This document shows, piece after piece, positions 27,189 to 42,131 of a stretch of 64,000 bases of DNA; the first letter of the stretch is position 1, and every line of letters begins with the position of its first letter. The stretch comes from Octopus vulgaris. Lineage: Eukaryota. A program made the translations under genes and the position numbers. A model generated the notes under the pieces. It did no database searches. It saw only the letters and a program-made list of their open reading frames with translations, and was not told where the DNA came from. The stretch lies in the NCBI GenBank assembly GCA_951406725.2, contig OX597821.1, positions 96,658,001 through 96,722,000 on the forward strand, given 5' to 3'.

Positions 27189-28049
27189 TTGTGTGTGTGT
27201 TTATATACGTTTTGTATCTGTTCCATACGAATATATATATGTTTTATATAGATGTTATGTAGACATGACATGTATATGTTACATAAATTTATATAATTAT
27301 GTGTTTATACACACATATATATATATATATATGTACGCATATAATGTATTATATGCGCGTATGTCGTATACATATATCTATTCGGGGGTGATGTCTGTAT
27401 ACTCACACACAAACATACATTTTTGTATGAATAAAAGTATATTCATATATGTACGTATGTATGTATTTGTGTCTATATCTGTGTCTCTGTGTGCGTTTAT
27501 GCGTCTGTATATATATGTACGCATAAGACTTCATATGTAACTCTTACATTATCGCTGTGTTTCCAAAACATCATGGCGGGTAAACCATACAAAATATAAC
27601 AATTCTATCCATAGAAATGCGTTCCATATTATGTATTACTAGAATACATTTAGTTCTTCGTTTAGTTATATGTTATCAGATTTGCGATTCCACGTTGATG
27701 TTTGAAATAAGCTTTATTTTTTTCGAATAACTTTATTTATTTTTCAATTTTTTTTTGCCTTATGTTCGGATATTTTTTTTTTACTTTCTGTTTTAATTTG
27801 TTTTTCCTTTGACGGGTGGTTGGGAAGGTTATTTCCAAAAGTGGAATGCTTCCAACAACAGAATATTTCTTTAGACATCTATTAATGGGGCAGCAGAAAA
27901 AGAAGAGAAAATAAACTCCTAACTCCTTCTCTCGCTCTCCCCTCCACTCTTCTTTCTTCCTCTCTTATACAAACACTTACTCTCTCTCTCTTTCTCTCCC
28001 TTTTCTCTCTGTCTCTCTGTCTCTCTGTCTCTCTGTCTCTCTGTCTCTC

Positions 28050-28080
<31 letters not shown>

Positions 28081-28244
28081 GCCATATACCTTTCTCTCAA
28101 ATATCTTCAAATAAAAACCAGTTGAACAGTTGAACTAACAAATGCATTGCAGATTTTGAGGAGAGAAAGTGTGAAAGAAACAAAAAAAAATGTATCATTT
28201 CTCCTCCCCTCCCCCTTCTTTTTATTAACACCATCATCATTATC

Positions 28245-28280
<36 letters not shown>

Positions 28281-28494
28281 TAAATAGATTTCACCGTTAT
28301 TTTTTATATGTGTTTGCATACATATATATATATAACAGTTATAAAAATGCGTTAAAATAATGGTGATAAATTATATATGTGTGTGACGGACTCCTGTATA
28401 GATACACACACACAGACACGCACACACACACACACACATACACACACACACAGACACACACACACATATATATATATATATATCTATATATATA

Positions 28495-29340
28495 ATATAC
28501 TCGCTCAAACACTTGATGGAGAGTTACATAATATTAAAATCACGGAAAATATAGAAGATTCATATGGTCAATTAAGAAATACTATTTATGAGTCATCCAG
28601 AGAAGGTCTTGGATTTTCAAGCAATAAAAACCAAGATTGGCTAAATGAAAATGATGAGCTTGCAAATGAACAGCCTCAAGAAATGTACAGATTCCACAGA
28701 GAATGGATTGCAGATAAGAACTCTGCTAGGAAAAAACGCTATACAAGTCTGCCAAAATCTCTGTTCAAATTATATTCCGAAAAATGATACAACAGTGGTG
28801 GGCATTGAAGTTTAAATCTCTGCAAGAATCAGATGAGAAATATGACATGAAAGGTCTTTATCAAAATTTGAAGTGGATATTTGGTCAAAGTAAAGAAGGT
28901 TGTTCTGTCATTTCTACAGTAAGGAATCTTCTCACAGAGCGTAATATCTTGAAACGTTGGGCAAAACATTTCAAAGATGTGCTCAATAGAAATACAAATG
29001 TAGACATGAACTGAACTCAATCGATTATACTCCACGAAGACTGGCGATTGACTTTCTTGCATTGCATCCATGTTTGGATGAAGTGGATGTGGCTATAAAA
29101 CAGTTGACAAATGGAAAAAGCTCCAGGAGAGGATATTCCTAGGGGAAGTTTTAAATGTGGTGTAAATAGTTTTATAGATAAAATGATAGTTTATGGTCCA
29201 AATGTGTCAAATAGGAACTGTCGCTCAACAATTTAAAGATGCAACAATTATGCATCTATATAAGTATAAAGGTTACAGGATCTCTGCTTTCTGTTACAGG
29301 AAAATCTTCTTTAGAATCATCTGAGACAGAATTAACAACG
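28495..29340 (+). mobile_element. RTE LINE ORF2 central fragment (linker plus start of RT)
   Basis: KNQDWLNENDE, WWALK..LQE, ILKRWAKHFKDVLNR, EVDVAIKQLTNGK, QQFKDATIMHLYKYKG. Confidence 0.88.
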
Positions 29341-32108
29341 ACCAAGAGCAGCGTTCTGTTGTAACTCCGAAAACAAATGCAGCCGAAGGCGAAATTAATT
29401 TCTCACCAAAGAGAAAAATAATTTCCTCTTGTTGCTACGATGACAGTAACAAGTGTAAAAGTACCAGCAACAATGTTAGCAGTAGCAACACAGCCGCCAT
29501 CACCACCACCATCACTCCGTCAGAAACCGAAAATGCCTCAATGATATGTGGCCCTCAGTGCTACACATATAGAAAGGCAAACAATATAGGATAGTTGCTG
29601 TTATATGCAGCAGTGAGCAAGAACCCAGAAGAATGGCTACCTTAACTTGCACATCCTAGGTTTTTGTAATGATCCCCCATTACATGAGTAAAAAGTTGAC
29701 TTGAATTCGAGTCAAGAACGTATCGGGTCACCGTGATCCGGCGAAGATCTTAGCCATTCTGGAGGAGATTGTGGAGGTGAAATCCATCCCACAACGTAAC
29801 AGGGCTGGAATTCTTATGGAATTCCAGATACTAGTTTCTCCAGAGGAAATAAATCGCATTCCTGATTTTTTTCTGTTTGGAGGATTGCGAACAGTTGCCA
29901 GTTTCTATAGAGAGAATAAATCAGAAGCGTTTTGTCTGTGGGAATTTGAACCACTTCAAAGCTTTTTGCCCCATGGTGTGGACAAAACTATTACCTCGCA
30001 TCTGCCTCCTTTCTCCGACTCAGGCCTCGTAAAAGCAAAGTCCTCATTGACCTCGCACCAAAAAGCCTTTGTCGGAGGTAAGAGAAAGACTGAATATGAA
30101 CCAAACAGAGGCTGGGTCAAATTGAAGGTCCTAAAACATGACGGTAAAAAACAAAATACGTCACATCACCAATTTAAAAACAAATCAACACCAACATCAA
30201 CATCTTCATCATAAGACAACCCATTTTTACAAACACATTCACAACCAGAAAAAAGAACGAAAACAAAAAGAAACACCCGAAAAACAGTCACACTTTCGGG
30301 TATGTGCTTCTTTCATCAACTTCACCGCTGTTCAGAAGAGCAACATTGAATTGATTGAGGAAGTAATTAATAACAAAAACATTACAACTAGTGGAGAAGG
30401 TTTTGCGGAACACCTCCAGAAAACTCCACCGGACAGGATGTTAATCCAAACAGATATGGATACGTATCTTGATTGGAAACAGAAATTCTCCAAAGACATT
30501 GGAGGGTTTAGTAAGTACCCACCATAAAAAACCCCTAGAGGCGATTAGTAAAGGTATCGCAGCTAATGTGTCAGTGACGAGAATGGCTCTTGACCATTTC
30601 TTTGCGACGAAACGCGAAGGTTGCGTTGTCAGAGTTAAGGCCCGTGCGCTAAAGCATGAGGAACGGAAGCTGTCCGATGGGATCGAGTGGTAGAGACGCT
30701 ACGTGGCAACAAAACCACGATCGGGTCATTGACGGATCGGAACGGTCGCGTGCTACATGGTTCGGAGTCTATGTGTGCGACTTTTCAGCAGCACTTCGCG
30801 CAACTGTTTGGAGGGGTGATGGGTCAACGACGGTAGCGAACTTTAGTCCGTACCTAGATGGCCTGCCGCGGCTCTCGACAGTGGACACGAGGTTCTGAGA
30901 AAAGCCGATAACGGCCACTAAAAAATGAGAGGCGATGAGCGATTGCACAAGTCGAAAATCGCCAGGGTTAGGAGGTCTGCCCTATGAATTCTATGTATTC
31001 ATACCAGAATTGTCTGGCGACCTCTTGGCAGACGTTTACCGCAACTGACAACAGAACGCGAGAATTCCCAATGCTGTTATTCGGAGTGTGGTGACACTAC
31101 TGAAGAAGGACGCCGACAGTGGGGACATGCTTGGGAATGTTTGGCCCATAACTCTGCTAAACACAGCCTTTAAGATTTTGGCCAAGGTGTTAGCAAAAAG
31201 GTTGGCGATTGTCGTTGGTATTCTAGTAGGAGAAGCATAAACATGCACAATCCCGAACAGCTCTATCCACGACAATCTCCATTTTATGCGATACATCATA
31301 GGGCTGGTTTCGGTGGGGCCCTGATCAATCTGGATCAATCAAAATCATTCGATGAGGTCGACCATCGCTACCTGGAAACCTTCCTTAAAGCGGTCGGATT
31401 CAGACCCGTTTTCAGAGGCTGGGTCACTGCAATACACAGCGGCACCTGCTAAGTGGTCAAAGTAAATGTCACCTCTTCTGTACGTGCTGGCTCTCGAGCC
31501 ACTGCTGCGGAAGTTAGAACAATTGAAAGCCCTCACTTTCGAACTTGGACTCGGAAGAGCAGTGTCTGCATACACTGACGACGTGATCGTCATAGTGTCG
31601 GATGCCTCCGAAATGGAGACGGTCAGTTCCATTCTAGAAGAATTTGAGTTGGTTGTAGGGACTAAAATCGATGCCGGGAAGTTGGTGGGCTTGCGACTGG
31701 ACATCTGGAGAGCCAGGTCCACTTGAAGAGGAAAGTGAGGGTGGTGAGGGAGGTGCTGTCCTCGAGCGAATTTATGAAAAGGTGATTGAAAGTTGCGAAA
31801 ATGGCATGAGTGGATGGTACCACTCTCAGTGTACACCTGTGAGTCGGAAGAAAGAAGATGGACAATTCGTTTGTCCGTAGTATTCATGGTGATCGTGGAT
31901 GGTGGGGCTTCTCGCTTGTCTTTAGAAGTCCTCCTGATATATATATTGCTATATACTATGTATACTTCAGTTCTTTTAATGTATATTCTAATATATACTT
32001 CTTTATTTTTTATCATTCCATTACATGTAAACCCTCACACTTCATGTCTGACTTTGTATTGTTCCCCTCATCCTTTGCGCTGGATGCAAATAAAAGAAAT
32101 CCTTATTG
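29340..32108 (+). mobile_element. Decayed Tx1/L1-clade LINE (ORF1 zinc knuckle, ORF2 RT, 3' UTR)
   Basis: RFVCGNLNHFKAFCP knuckle near 29925; KSPGLGGLPYEFY, WPITLLNTAFKILAKVLAKRL, LDQSKSFDEVDH, SPLLYVLALEPL, AYTDD; AATAAA near 32088. Confidence 0.88.
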
Positions 32109-32111
32109 AGT

Positions 32112-32665
32112 GAGAGAGCAGTGCATGCAATCAAAGTGATACTGGAGTAAGTAAAATATACGAATCCCAATATACCCATCATGACTACCCGTCTAATAAG
32201 GGTACACCAGGCACATGCATTACAACTATATGTGCGCGACACGATACTCTCATATCAAGATAAATAGCACATGACCTTGCAGGTGGGGCCCATTTAGAAT
32301 TTTATTAAAGTCAAGTAGCCCATCCCGCTCAAATAGTCCCTGAATAAGGTTTGTTTTAAGGATGTTGAACGAAACACTCTCATGTTTCTAGAGGTGAATT
32401 ATTCAAACCCCAAAGAATTCACCTCAACACATGGTTATGATGTTCCCCCGCTATTTTTGCTCGTAATCAGAGATGCACATATCGTCAGCCACTAAGGGAC
32501 ATGCTCAACTGGTTATGGTCAAACAACTGACAAGCAACTCTGTGGTATTGAGCAGAACATATGCTGCATCCTATCTTTTATACCAAGACAAAACAATGTA
32601 CATGATAACACTTCCAGTCAGTTAAGATCAGAAGCCATGAGAGCCACTACATGGTACTGTATCAT
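32112..32665 (+). mobile_element. Unclassified interspersed repeat family D (about 550 bp, non-coding)
   Basis: Second, inverted copy at 53018-53415 plus 54676-54780. Confidence 0.85.
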
Positions 32666-32689
32666 CATCATCATCATCATCATCACCAC

Positions 32690-35360
32690 CATCATTATTT
32701 CCTTCACGCAGCTCTTCATTGGAGTTCTTCTGCCCTTAGTTTGTTAGATACAAGCTGTATCCCACAATTTTAGGTATTTTCTACATTTCTTCTGATACTT
32801 GTACTGCAACAATCATGATAAAAGTACTGAATACCTAAAATTGACAGATATTCTGTAAGATCAAGAAATGCACATCGATACTTCAAGCAATTATACAGAC
32901 TATTTGCGATTTGGGATAACGTCATCTTTCCGGCAATTTCAAATTCTAAGAAGTTTGTATTTTTGATCCTGTCATTTTTTTCCTTTTTCTTGCGTTCTTT
33001 GACTATAATTCTAGTATTAAACCGCCATGCGATATCGATTAAGCAACACACGCTTTCTTATTTGCTGAATTTAGCAACATCTTTACATGAATATTCCGTT
33101 TGCTTTACTGTTTGAATTTTCATAACCCATAATGCCTTTATTCAGCCGTTTTCAAGGATGTGTTTGTTCTTCTTTATGGTCATAATATTTTCCAGATGTT
33201 CAAAGCCAGGTTTTTTGGTCTTTTTTAACAAATCTTGATCTAAAATTAATGTAATCCTTTGAGTAAGCATCTTACATATAGAAACAACACGCGAAACTGT
33301 CTCTTCTCTTTCACTATTGACTGTACACTCAGCTGAAATGTCTTCCTTATCCATATTCTTCTAGGCGTATTTTCTTCTTAATGTTTAGTACTGGCCAGAT
33401 AGAATCAAACTCTCTTCCTTTTCAAAGCTGTTTTTGTTTAATCATTAAACTCACTTGTCAGCACAACACCCTTCAGTACTTTGAAAACATTTTCCGTGTA
33501 AACTCTTCTCTTCGTATCGTTGCTTTGTGGCTTCTAGAACTTCATTTTCCCACATTCCTTCAGCTAAAACCTCGCTTCATATTGATAAAAAAAAGTATTT
33601 TATTTTTATCAACAGCGTACTTCGTTAATCTCCTTACTGCTACTCCTACACAGTCAACTACAGTTATCAGTTCTCTTTTCTGTTGAAATACAATTTGTGA
33701 ACATCTGCCTATGGGTACAAGGCTCTGTAAAGCGTCAGTTATTTCTTTGTATTCCTATCAATATTCTCGAGATTTTCTTTTGTTGATTTGATTATTACAG
33801 CCTGTTACTGATGATTGATACTGCTCTTGAATTTATTGTAATGGTAATATTCATGTCATTGGATTTGGATTTTAGTATCAACCTTCCTATTCAGAAATAT
33901 TCGCTTTGGATTTTGACTTTCATTATACCATCTTTTATAACATCAGTTTCCAAGACGCTCAAATATATATTTTTATCATCTGTATGAATCTTCCATATCT
34001 GTTCGTTCGGAAGATTTGTTCCACCCCTTTTATGGCGCTTCTTTTCCTTTATCATAAGGATCCCAGGTTGAGAAATACTAAATTCTATTCTGATGTCATT
34101 GCTAAACATTCTCACGGTATCGACTTGAGTATCCAATTTTCTATCAGTATTGCCATATAAATTTAGACGATCCATGAATAACAAATAGTTAAACATCACC
34201 TGAACTTTTCATAGATTATACTTAGCTTTTACTTTTCTCAGTTTTAGGAAGAATTAGGTAGGAGAGTGGGCTAAACAGTCGGGATGATGGGCTATCAACT
34301 TGAAAAATACCCTGATTTATTTTCACCATTCAAAACAGATGTCCTCCTACGGTTTTTCTCCCCAATTTTCCATGGTTACTCTTGTCATTTTAGTGATATT
34401 TAATGGTCTGAAAATTTTGAATGTCTTCAAATTCTATAAGTGAGGTACCTTGTCTTATGCTTTTTTTGTAACCGCCTCACTCGATTGCTTGGTCATATCA
34501 TCTTTTCTTACAATCATTTTATCGAAAAATATTTTGCTTTTTGCTTCTTTAACTTTCTCTGGTACCTTTTTCTGTTCATTGGTGTGTATTTCTTTTCCTT
34601 TAAGTGTGCATACACATAATCTGCAAACATACCTGAAAATTTTCACAATAAATGTAACAAATTATTGGTGTGCAGTTTGAGACATCAGTACCTGCTTGTC
34701 TTTCATGATAAATATTGCCTTACTCTTAGCCACCCAATTTGTGATAGTGCCACTCTGGAGGAGTCAGTTTTCGCTTGATTGTTTTAATATTCTTCAACCA
34801 GAACATTTGCAGACTGTCTTGGGTGTCTTCCAAAAAGGCAATTTGGAAGCTTCTTTTGCAGTTAGTGACCTTTTCTATTTGCCCTTTTCCACTCCCCATA
34901 TTCACCTTGCATTCACGTTTTGGAGTACCTTTCTTGTTCCATATATCACTTGACAAAGTCTGCTTCTCTCTACATCTGGGTATTTGATCATTAAGACATT
35001 CTATTCCCTCCAATGTTCATCTCATATGATTTTATCTTATCTACTTTTCACTCTTTGCTTATGTCCACTAATTACAATATTTATTCCTCTCCTTTCTTTT
35101 TTAACAATATATTTAAAATTTTCTAGTTTCCTAATGATTCCCTTTTTTCTTGGGATACAGTTTTTAAGAAACTGTAGTTAACTCACTTCCCGCCTCACCT
35201 TTTGATGCTGTCCTTTGTCCGTTTTCTCCCGCCAAAATCTGCTCGTACTCGGTTTACTAACTCTGTAGCCAACCTCTTTTGCTATTTGATTGGATACAAT
35301 CACATATTTGCTATTTACTTCTACGAGATAAGTAGAATACTTCCAGAACATTATCAAATA
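32690..35360 (-). mobile_element. Long decayed R4/Dong-clade non-LTR element (RT plus RLE)
   Basis: LLFMDRLNLYG..VDTVRMFSNDIRIEF (HLLFMDDLKLY motif), ETVSRVVSICKML (knuckle remnant), LIDIA...KERKKKEK (RLE), all collinear. Confidence 0.8.
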
Positions 35361-36496
35361 CTTTCATTTCTCTTTGTGTGTGTGAGTGTGTGTGTGTGTG
35401 TATGTGTGTGTGTGCTCGCTCGTGTGTGTGTTGTAGTGGTTCTGTCATATGCCCTAACGTTGGCAGACATTACTATTTTGTTTAAGTTATATTCTAATAT
35501 ATTGCCTCATAATTCAAACACGTCATTCTGACCATTCTGCTACACTCTCAACTTGTTTCCTTTCCACTCATCTCATCTCCTTCAATGTGAGAGATTAAAT
35601 CTGTTCTGCATTTTCTGTAATTACGTTAACTTCAGCTTCACTGTGGTCCTTTATTTGAATTTCTATTTCCTGTTTAATTTCTTCCAATTCTGTGTTAGGC
35701 ATGTGGCTATTATGATTTATAGAAAATCAGAAAATCCTTTACCTGAAAGTGTTTTGTTCCATCACTAAAAGCAATCCTTTTTCGTTCCAAATTGTCTTCA
35801 TACTTTGCCTAAAACCGCTCTTGTTTGGTTTGCTCATAAATTAACATTTCATCACTTTCTTGTTTAATTCATTTGTCCACCGTACTCATTCAATATTTTG
35901 AAAATCTCATTACTAACTATCCCATTTACATGTTCTCTATTTCGAAGATATTTTACTGTATCATCTGTCTACATCACTGAATATTCTAAAACTTTGTCAT
36001 TAAAAATTTTTTATAACCTTTTTCTCTCATTTTCTTACACTTTCTACTCTCTCAAACTTGTCTTTCAGTTTGTTAATATTTCTACAACCACTTTTTATCC
36101 TACAATCGTACGATGCTTTACTTTCTCTACAACCATTCCTCTCACTATTCCCTAAATTCTTGCTTTCTATATAAGCAATATTTCTAAAATTAATTTCGTT
36201 TCAGTGCTACTATTTCTGAAGATTCAGAAGGAGAAACTACAATGATAGAATAATATTCTTGGATTTATTCAGTTACATTCTTTATCAAATTCACTATTAA
36301 TCTCCTACCACTTTACAACCATTATAGTCAGAGTGATTCTCTGTACAATTATGCCTATCCACTCTGTATGCAACGAAAACAGTATCAGGATAAAATTACT
36401 ATCTGTGTAGCATACGTAATGTAAATACATTGTGAAAGAAAAATTTACTGCGGTATTCGTCCTGAGATAATATCTGTTGTGCGCGTGTAGTGTTTA

Positions 36497-36499
<3 letters not shown>

Positions 36500-36593
<94 letters not shown>

Positions 36594-36826
36594 CCATATA
36601 CGGGTTACAAATACTGTTGTTTATGGTGGCTTATTTTTGTAGTAATAGTAATAGTAGCCTATTTGACTGCTATTTCTAATATTTTCGGTGTGTGGTTTAA
36701 GCAACTTGTTGCAAATAACCTTTTATTATAATTATATAATTTTTACCGAATATGGTCCTTTCCATACCGAAAGACTACTAGGTGAAATTTATTGATTTTA
36801 TTAAATTAATTATATTTCACCCTTTA

Positions 36827-36907
<81 letters not shown>

Positions 36908-37058
36908 TATAATAATATTATATATAATATATATATAATAATATTAGGGAATAAATCCAAACTTACAAGGAAAAATTAGATTTAGGATTAAATCCAATTT
37001 TATAGTATAAATATATTATATTATATTATATTGAATTAGAGATAAAACCACTATTATG

Positions 37059-37125
<67 letters not shown>
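36500..37125. repeat. (TA)n arrays with short embedded cassettes
   Basis: Three long TA tracts separated by 150-240 bp islands. Confidence 0.9.
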
Positions 37126-37130
<5 letters not shown>

Positions 37131-37495
37131 GCAGTGGAACATCGTCACAGCAGCGGCTACTGAGAATGCTGGGTGCATTTATGCTTCCTTAAACATTGTC
37201 AAAACCCATTCGTATGATTGGAGGTAATTTTCCGCTACCGATGTAGAGAAACAGTGAATAAACAACCACTGATGATGCAAATAGCTAACCAGCTGAATAA
37301 AAGTCCATTGGCGGTAAATTTCGGCTAAGCATGGATTTAACATTTTCACCAGTCACTGCAGGGAGACTTTTTATCTGCCTGTGACGTGTATTGTGTTTTA
37401 AAAAGCAATATGCCCAAAGATACTTTAGAACAAAAACATTTAATTTATATGTTTTTTGTATTAACATTGAGTATCATACACGAAAGGATACATAC

Positions 37496-37619
<124 letters not shown>

Positions 37620-37881
37620 AGATACATATATACACGGATAAATATATATATATATATATGTATACACACACACACACACACAGATACACATTATCTACAT
37701 ATATACATACATATGTGTGTATGCATGCGCGTTAATGTGTGTGTGTGTTTGTGCGTAATGTATATACTTAATATATATCATGCATATATCATAACGATAA
37801 CATACATGTGTGTGTATATATATATGTACATCAACATACATATATACATATACACATATATACATATATATATATACATCA

Positions 37882-38287
37882 TGGAGTGGCTGTATGGTAA
37901 ATAGCTTGTTTACCAGCCACATGGTTCCGGGTTCAGTCCCCCTGCGTGACACCTTGGGCAAGTGTCTTCTACTATAGCCTCGGGCCGACCAAAGCCTTGT
38001 GAGTGGATTTGGTAGACGGAAACTGAAAGAAGCCCGTCGTATATATGTAAATATATATATATGTGTGTGTTTGTGTGTGTGCGTTTGTGTGTCTGTGTAT
38101 GTCCCCCTAGCATTGCTTGACAACCGATGCTGGGTTTTTTTTGTCCCCGTTACTTAGCGGTTCGGCAAAGGAGACCGATAGAATAAGTACTGGGTTTACA
38201 AAAGAATAAGTCCCGGGGTCGAGTTGCTCGATTAAAGGCGGTGCTCCAGCATGGCCGCAGTCAAATGACTGAAACAAGTAAAAGAGT

Positions 38288-38290
<3 letters not shown>
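37882..38290 (+). mobile_element. SINE family B
   Basis: Full-length consensus-like copy. Confidence 0.92.
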
Positions 38291-38352
<62 letters not shown>

Positions 38353-39397
38353 CATTTGCTTTCCTGTCCTGGCTAGTCTTAAAAACAATCAATATTTGCG
38401 GTAAATCTGCACTTAAAAATATCTGATTTACTTCGTTTAAATAGATCTGTTAGTTTTAATTACTTCAATTCAAACAAAATTACACATTTGGCTTTCCACT
38501 GTAGGTTCGCTTTTTTCCGCTATTATTGCTTCCTTCTTTTTTTTCTTTTGTTTGGTTTTGTTTTATTTTGTTCGTTGTTGTTTATAATTGTTGTTGTTCA
38601 TTATTTTGTTGTTGCTTTTTATTTTGTTTTGTTTTTTTCTTTTCTATATTTGAGGAAATCTCCAGAAATCTTTCCGTTGCTGTCCATCATGTTCCGCCCT
38701 CCATTATCAAAATAACTTGCGATTCATTGATCTGATGTCATTTATCCTTTAATCATTGTTGCTTTCATTTCTTTTTTGGAAGATATTGCTGTTGTTGTTC
38801 TTGTTGTTTCTGCTGCTGTCCTCGTTTTTTTGATACGTTGTTTTGTTCCTTCTGATATTACTTTTTTTTTTGGTTTATGATGTTGTTCTTGTTTGCGTTG
38901 ATATTATTTGTCTTACTACATTTGCTTTCATTGCCGTTGAAGTTAGTGGTGTGGTTCTTGTTATTGCTGTTGTTGTCGTTACTGTAGTTGTTTTGATTTT
39001 TCTTTTATTAGTAAATACAACGTCTTCATTTTACTTCTATTTTTCGTTTTGTTTTGGTTTCGTTTCGTTTGGGTATTCTTTTCTTTCTTTTATACAACTC
39101 TCTCGAATAAAAATTAGTTTTGCCGAAAATTAATAACAAGCAATCTAATATAACAATAAAAGTAAAAGGAAAAGAATAAAATTACATTCTTATTAACTCT
39201 TACATAGAAACTAGTCCATGCATTGGCATTGTAAAGCACTTCCTGTTTATACTGAATCCCCGCACATTACAAGTATTTAAGTTATCGGCTCCGAAAGGAT
39301 AAAAGGCAAAGTTCACCTAAATGTAATTTGAACTCATAACGTAACGCATCGTAATTAAATACTGACAACATTTTGGAGTAGTGATCTACCGATGTTA

Positions 39398-39635
39398 CGA
39401 GAGGGTACTGAAAAGTTCCTGGATTTGGGTAAAAGAAAATACAGAAGGGTGAGTTACTTATGATTTTATCCAACACTAGAGTTTTATATATATAGATATT
39501 CCCCTCTCGGATTCACACACTTATTGCAGTGGTCCTTCAGTTTTTCTAAGCCCTATAAAAGAAGTCGGAAGGTTGGGCTTCCAACCAAGCCTTTCACGGT
39601 ACCCTTAAAGTCAGGAACTTTTCAGCACTCTCTTC
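39398..39635. mobile_element. Mariner-type MITE with TA TSD
   Basis: TIRs cgagagggtactgaaaagttcctgg / tcaggaacttttcagcactctcttc; TA at 39396-39397 and 39636-39637. Confidence 0.75.
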
Positions 39636-39921
39636 TACCAATAAGCCCTACTAATAACTATCTGTGACATAGGGTAACTATTTTATCGAAACAAGAAGGC
39701 GAAAATACCAGCTCACCATTGGCAGGATTTGAACTCAGTGCATAAAGAGACAGGACTAAATATCACACAACATTTTATACGATGCTCTCCCGATTCTCTC
39801 ATGCATAAACATAGCAGACATATTAAGACATTCAAATTGCCTTGAGAAGTGAAGATATTTAGAGATGTACAATGTGAAAACTACAAGATGTGGAAAATTT
39901 ACATAAATAAATATAATTGTA

Positions 39922-40066
39922 AGTGTGGCTGTGTGGTAAGAACCTTCTTTCCCAACCACAGGGTTTCCGGGCTCAGTCCCACTGCGTGATACCTTCGGTG
40001 TCTTCTACTATAGCTTCGGGCCAACCAAAGCCTTGTGCGTGCGTGTGTGTATGTGTGTGTGTATGC

Positions 40067-40097
<31 letters not shown>

Positions 40098-40275
40098 TCC
40101 CCACCACAACTTGGTGTGTTTATGCCTCCGTAACTTAGTGGTCCGGCAAAAGAGACCGCTAAAATAAGTACTAGGCTTTAAAAAACCAGCACTAGGATCG
40201 ATTCTTTCGACCAAAAGTTTTTCAAGGTGGTGCCCCAGCACTAATGCCTGAAACAAATAAAAGATAAAAGATAAA
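39922..40275 (+). mobile_element. SINE family B, older subfamily
   Basis: Same head and body; tail ataaaag repeated. Confidence 0.8.
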
Positions 40276-40449
40276 TTGTGATTTCTCCATCTTCACAGAT
40301 GATTACCATTTCCTTGTTCTTCCTTATCAATGGCATTTGTAGCTTTCCATGCATGACCTCTTAAATGGTTATTCACTTCCGTTTTAGATTTTCATGGGTT
40401 GAAGAATAGGTGACAGATAAGTTGTGGTGGGGAAGACAAACACACACAC

Positions 40450-40487
<38 letters not shown>

Positions 40488-40959
40488 GCGCACGCACAAG
40501 GCTTAGGTCGACCCGAGGCTATAGTAGAAGACACCCAAGGTGTCACGCAGTGGGACTGAGTCCAGAAACCATGTGGTTGGGAAAGAAGGTTCTTACCACA
40601 CAGCTAGACTTAAAGAGAGGAGGAGAGAGAGACCTAGAAAGAGGGAGAGATAGATAGATATAAACTAAGCATATGAGCAAACAAGGGATACTCTAATAGT
40701 TCATCCAGTTTACTAGAAATAGTAGTCAATTCGTACTTTTTGGTGTGTTTATGCCTCCGTAACTTAGGAGATCAAAAGAGATGAACAATGATATCGAACG
40801 GTAAAAACGAGATGGAGAAAACAAAAATAAACAAAATAAAAGTAAAAAAATAATAAAATAACGAGACCCCCGTCTTCATGCACACACATTCTGGGATCAT
40901 CTGCACCCCGAAAATCCGGCATATCACCAGGTCTACGAAGTAGCAGAGCTGGGTGGGAA

Positions 40960-41380
40960 TACTCTTTACTCATTTTACTCTTTTACTGGTTTCCGTCATT
41001 TGACTGCGGCCATGCTGGAGCACCGCCTTTAATCGAGCAACTCGACCCCGGGACTTATTCTTTTTTGTAAGCCCAGTACTTATTCTATCGGTCTCTTTTG
41101 CCGAACCGCTAAGTAAAGGGGACATAAACACACCAGCATCGGTTGTCAAGCAATGCTAGGGGGACAAACACAGACACACAAACACACACACGCATATATA
41201 CATATATACATATATACGACGGGCTTCTTTTCAGTTTCCGTCTACCAAATCCACTCACAAGGCTTTGGTCGGCCCGAGGCTATAGTAGAAGACACTTGCC
41301 CAAGGTGCCACGCAGTGGGACTGAACCCGGAACCATGTGGTTGGTAAACAAGCTACTTACCACACAACCACTCCTGCTCC
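40960..41380 (-). mobile_element. SINE family B
   Basis: Full reverse-complement copy. Confidence 0.92.
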
Positions 41381-42045
41381 TGTTTTTTTTTTTTTTTACA
41401 AAATTAAATCAAATAAAAAAAAGCAAAAGAAACTGGAAGGACATAATATAATGTAAGATGAAAGATTGGAAATTACAGGAAGGATGTGGTTAGAATTACC
41501 ATAAGTCTAGCAGGTTTGTACTGACCTGGGGCTAAACAAGAAACAACCTCCTCGTTAACAGTCCGCTATATTTGGCATGTTCGATGCAACAGCCTTGGTT
41601 ACCAATGGTTCTGTTGACGTTGATTAAACAGAAAGCAGGCGACAATGTTTTATTCAGCTGTGGCTCTTTCTAAAGAGTTCGGTTTTACATTACTGGAAGG
41701 ACCCTGAACAATTCAACACAAACACACTCACTAGCTCACACGTATAAACACTCTTTCACACATGCATATACACGCAACGCAAAGCAATATGTCCCAAGAG
41801 AATTTCACATGAACAAATATAAACACGTACTCACATACGTACAAACGCTTGCGTGCATATACGACATAAACAGAAACATATACTCACACGTGTACACACA
41901 CATACACACATACACACACATGCATATATACGCACACACACACACTCATAAATTTACACGTACAATATTTATAGATATATCCTAAATATATTTTTGCGTT
42001 GGTCTCGCTAACTATATATTTTCTTTCCTTCACACACACATTTAT

Positions 42046-42131
<86 letters not shown>

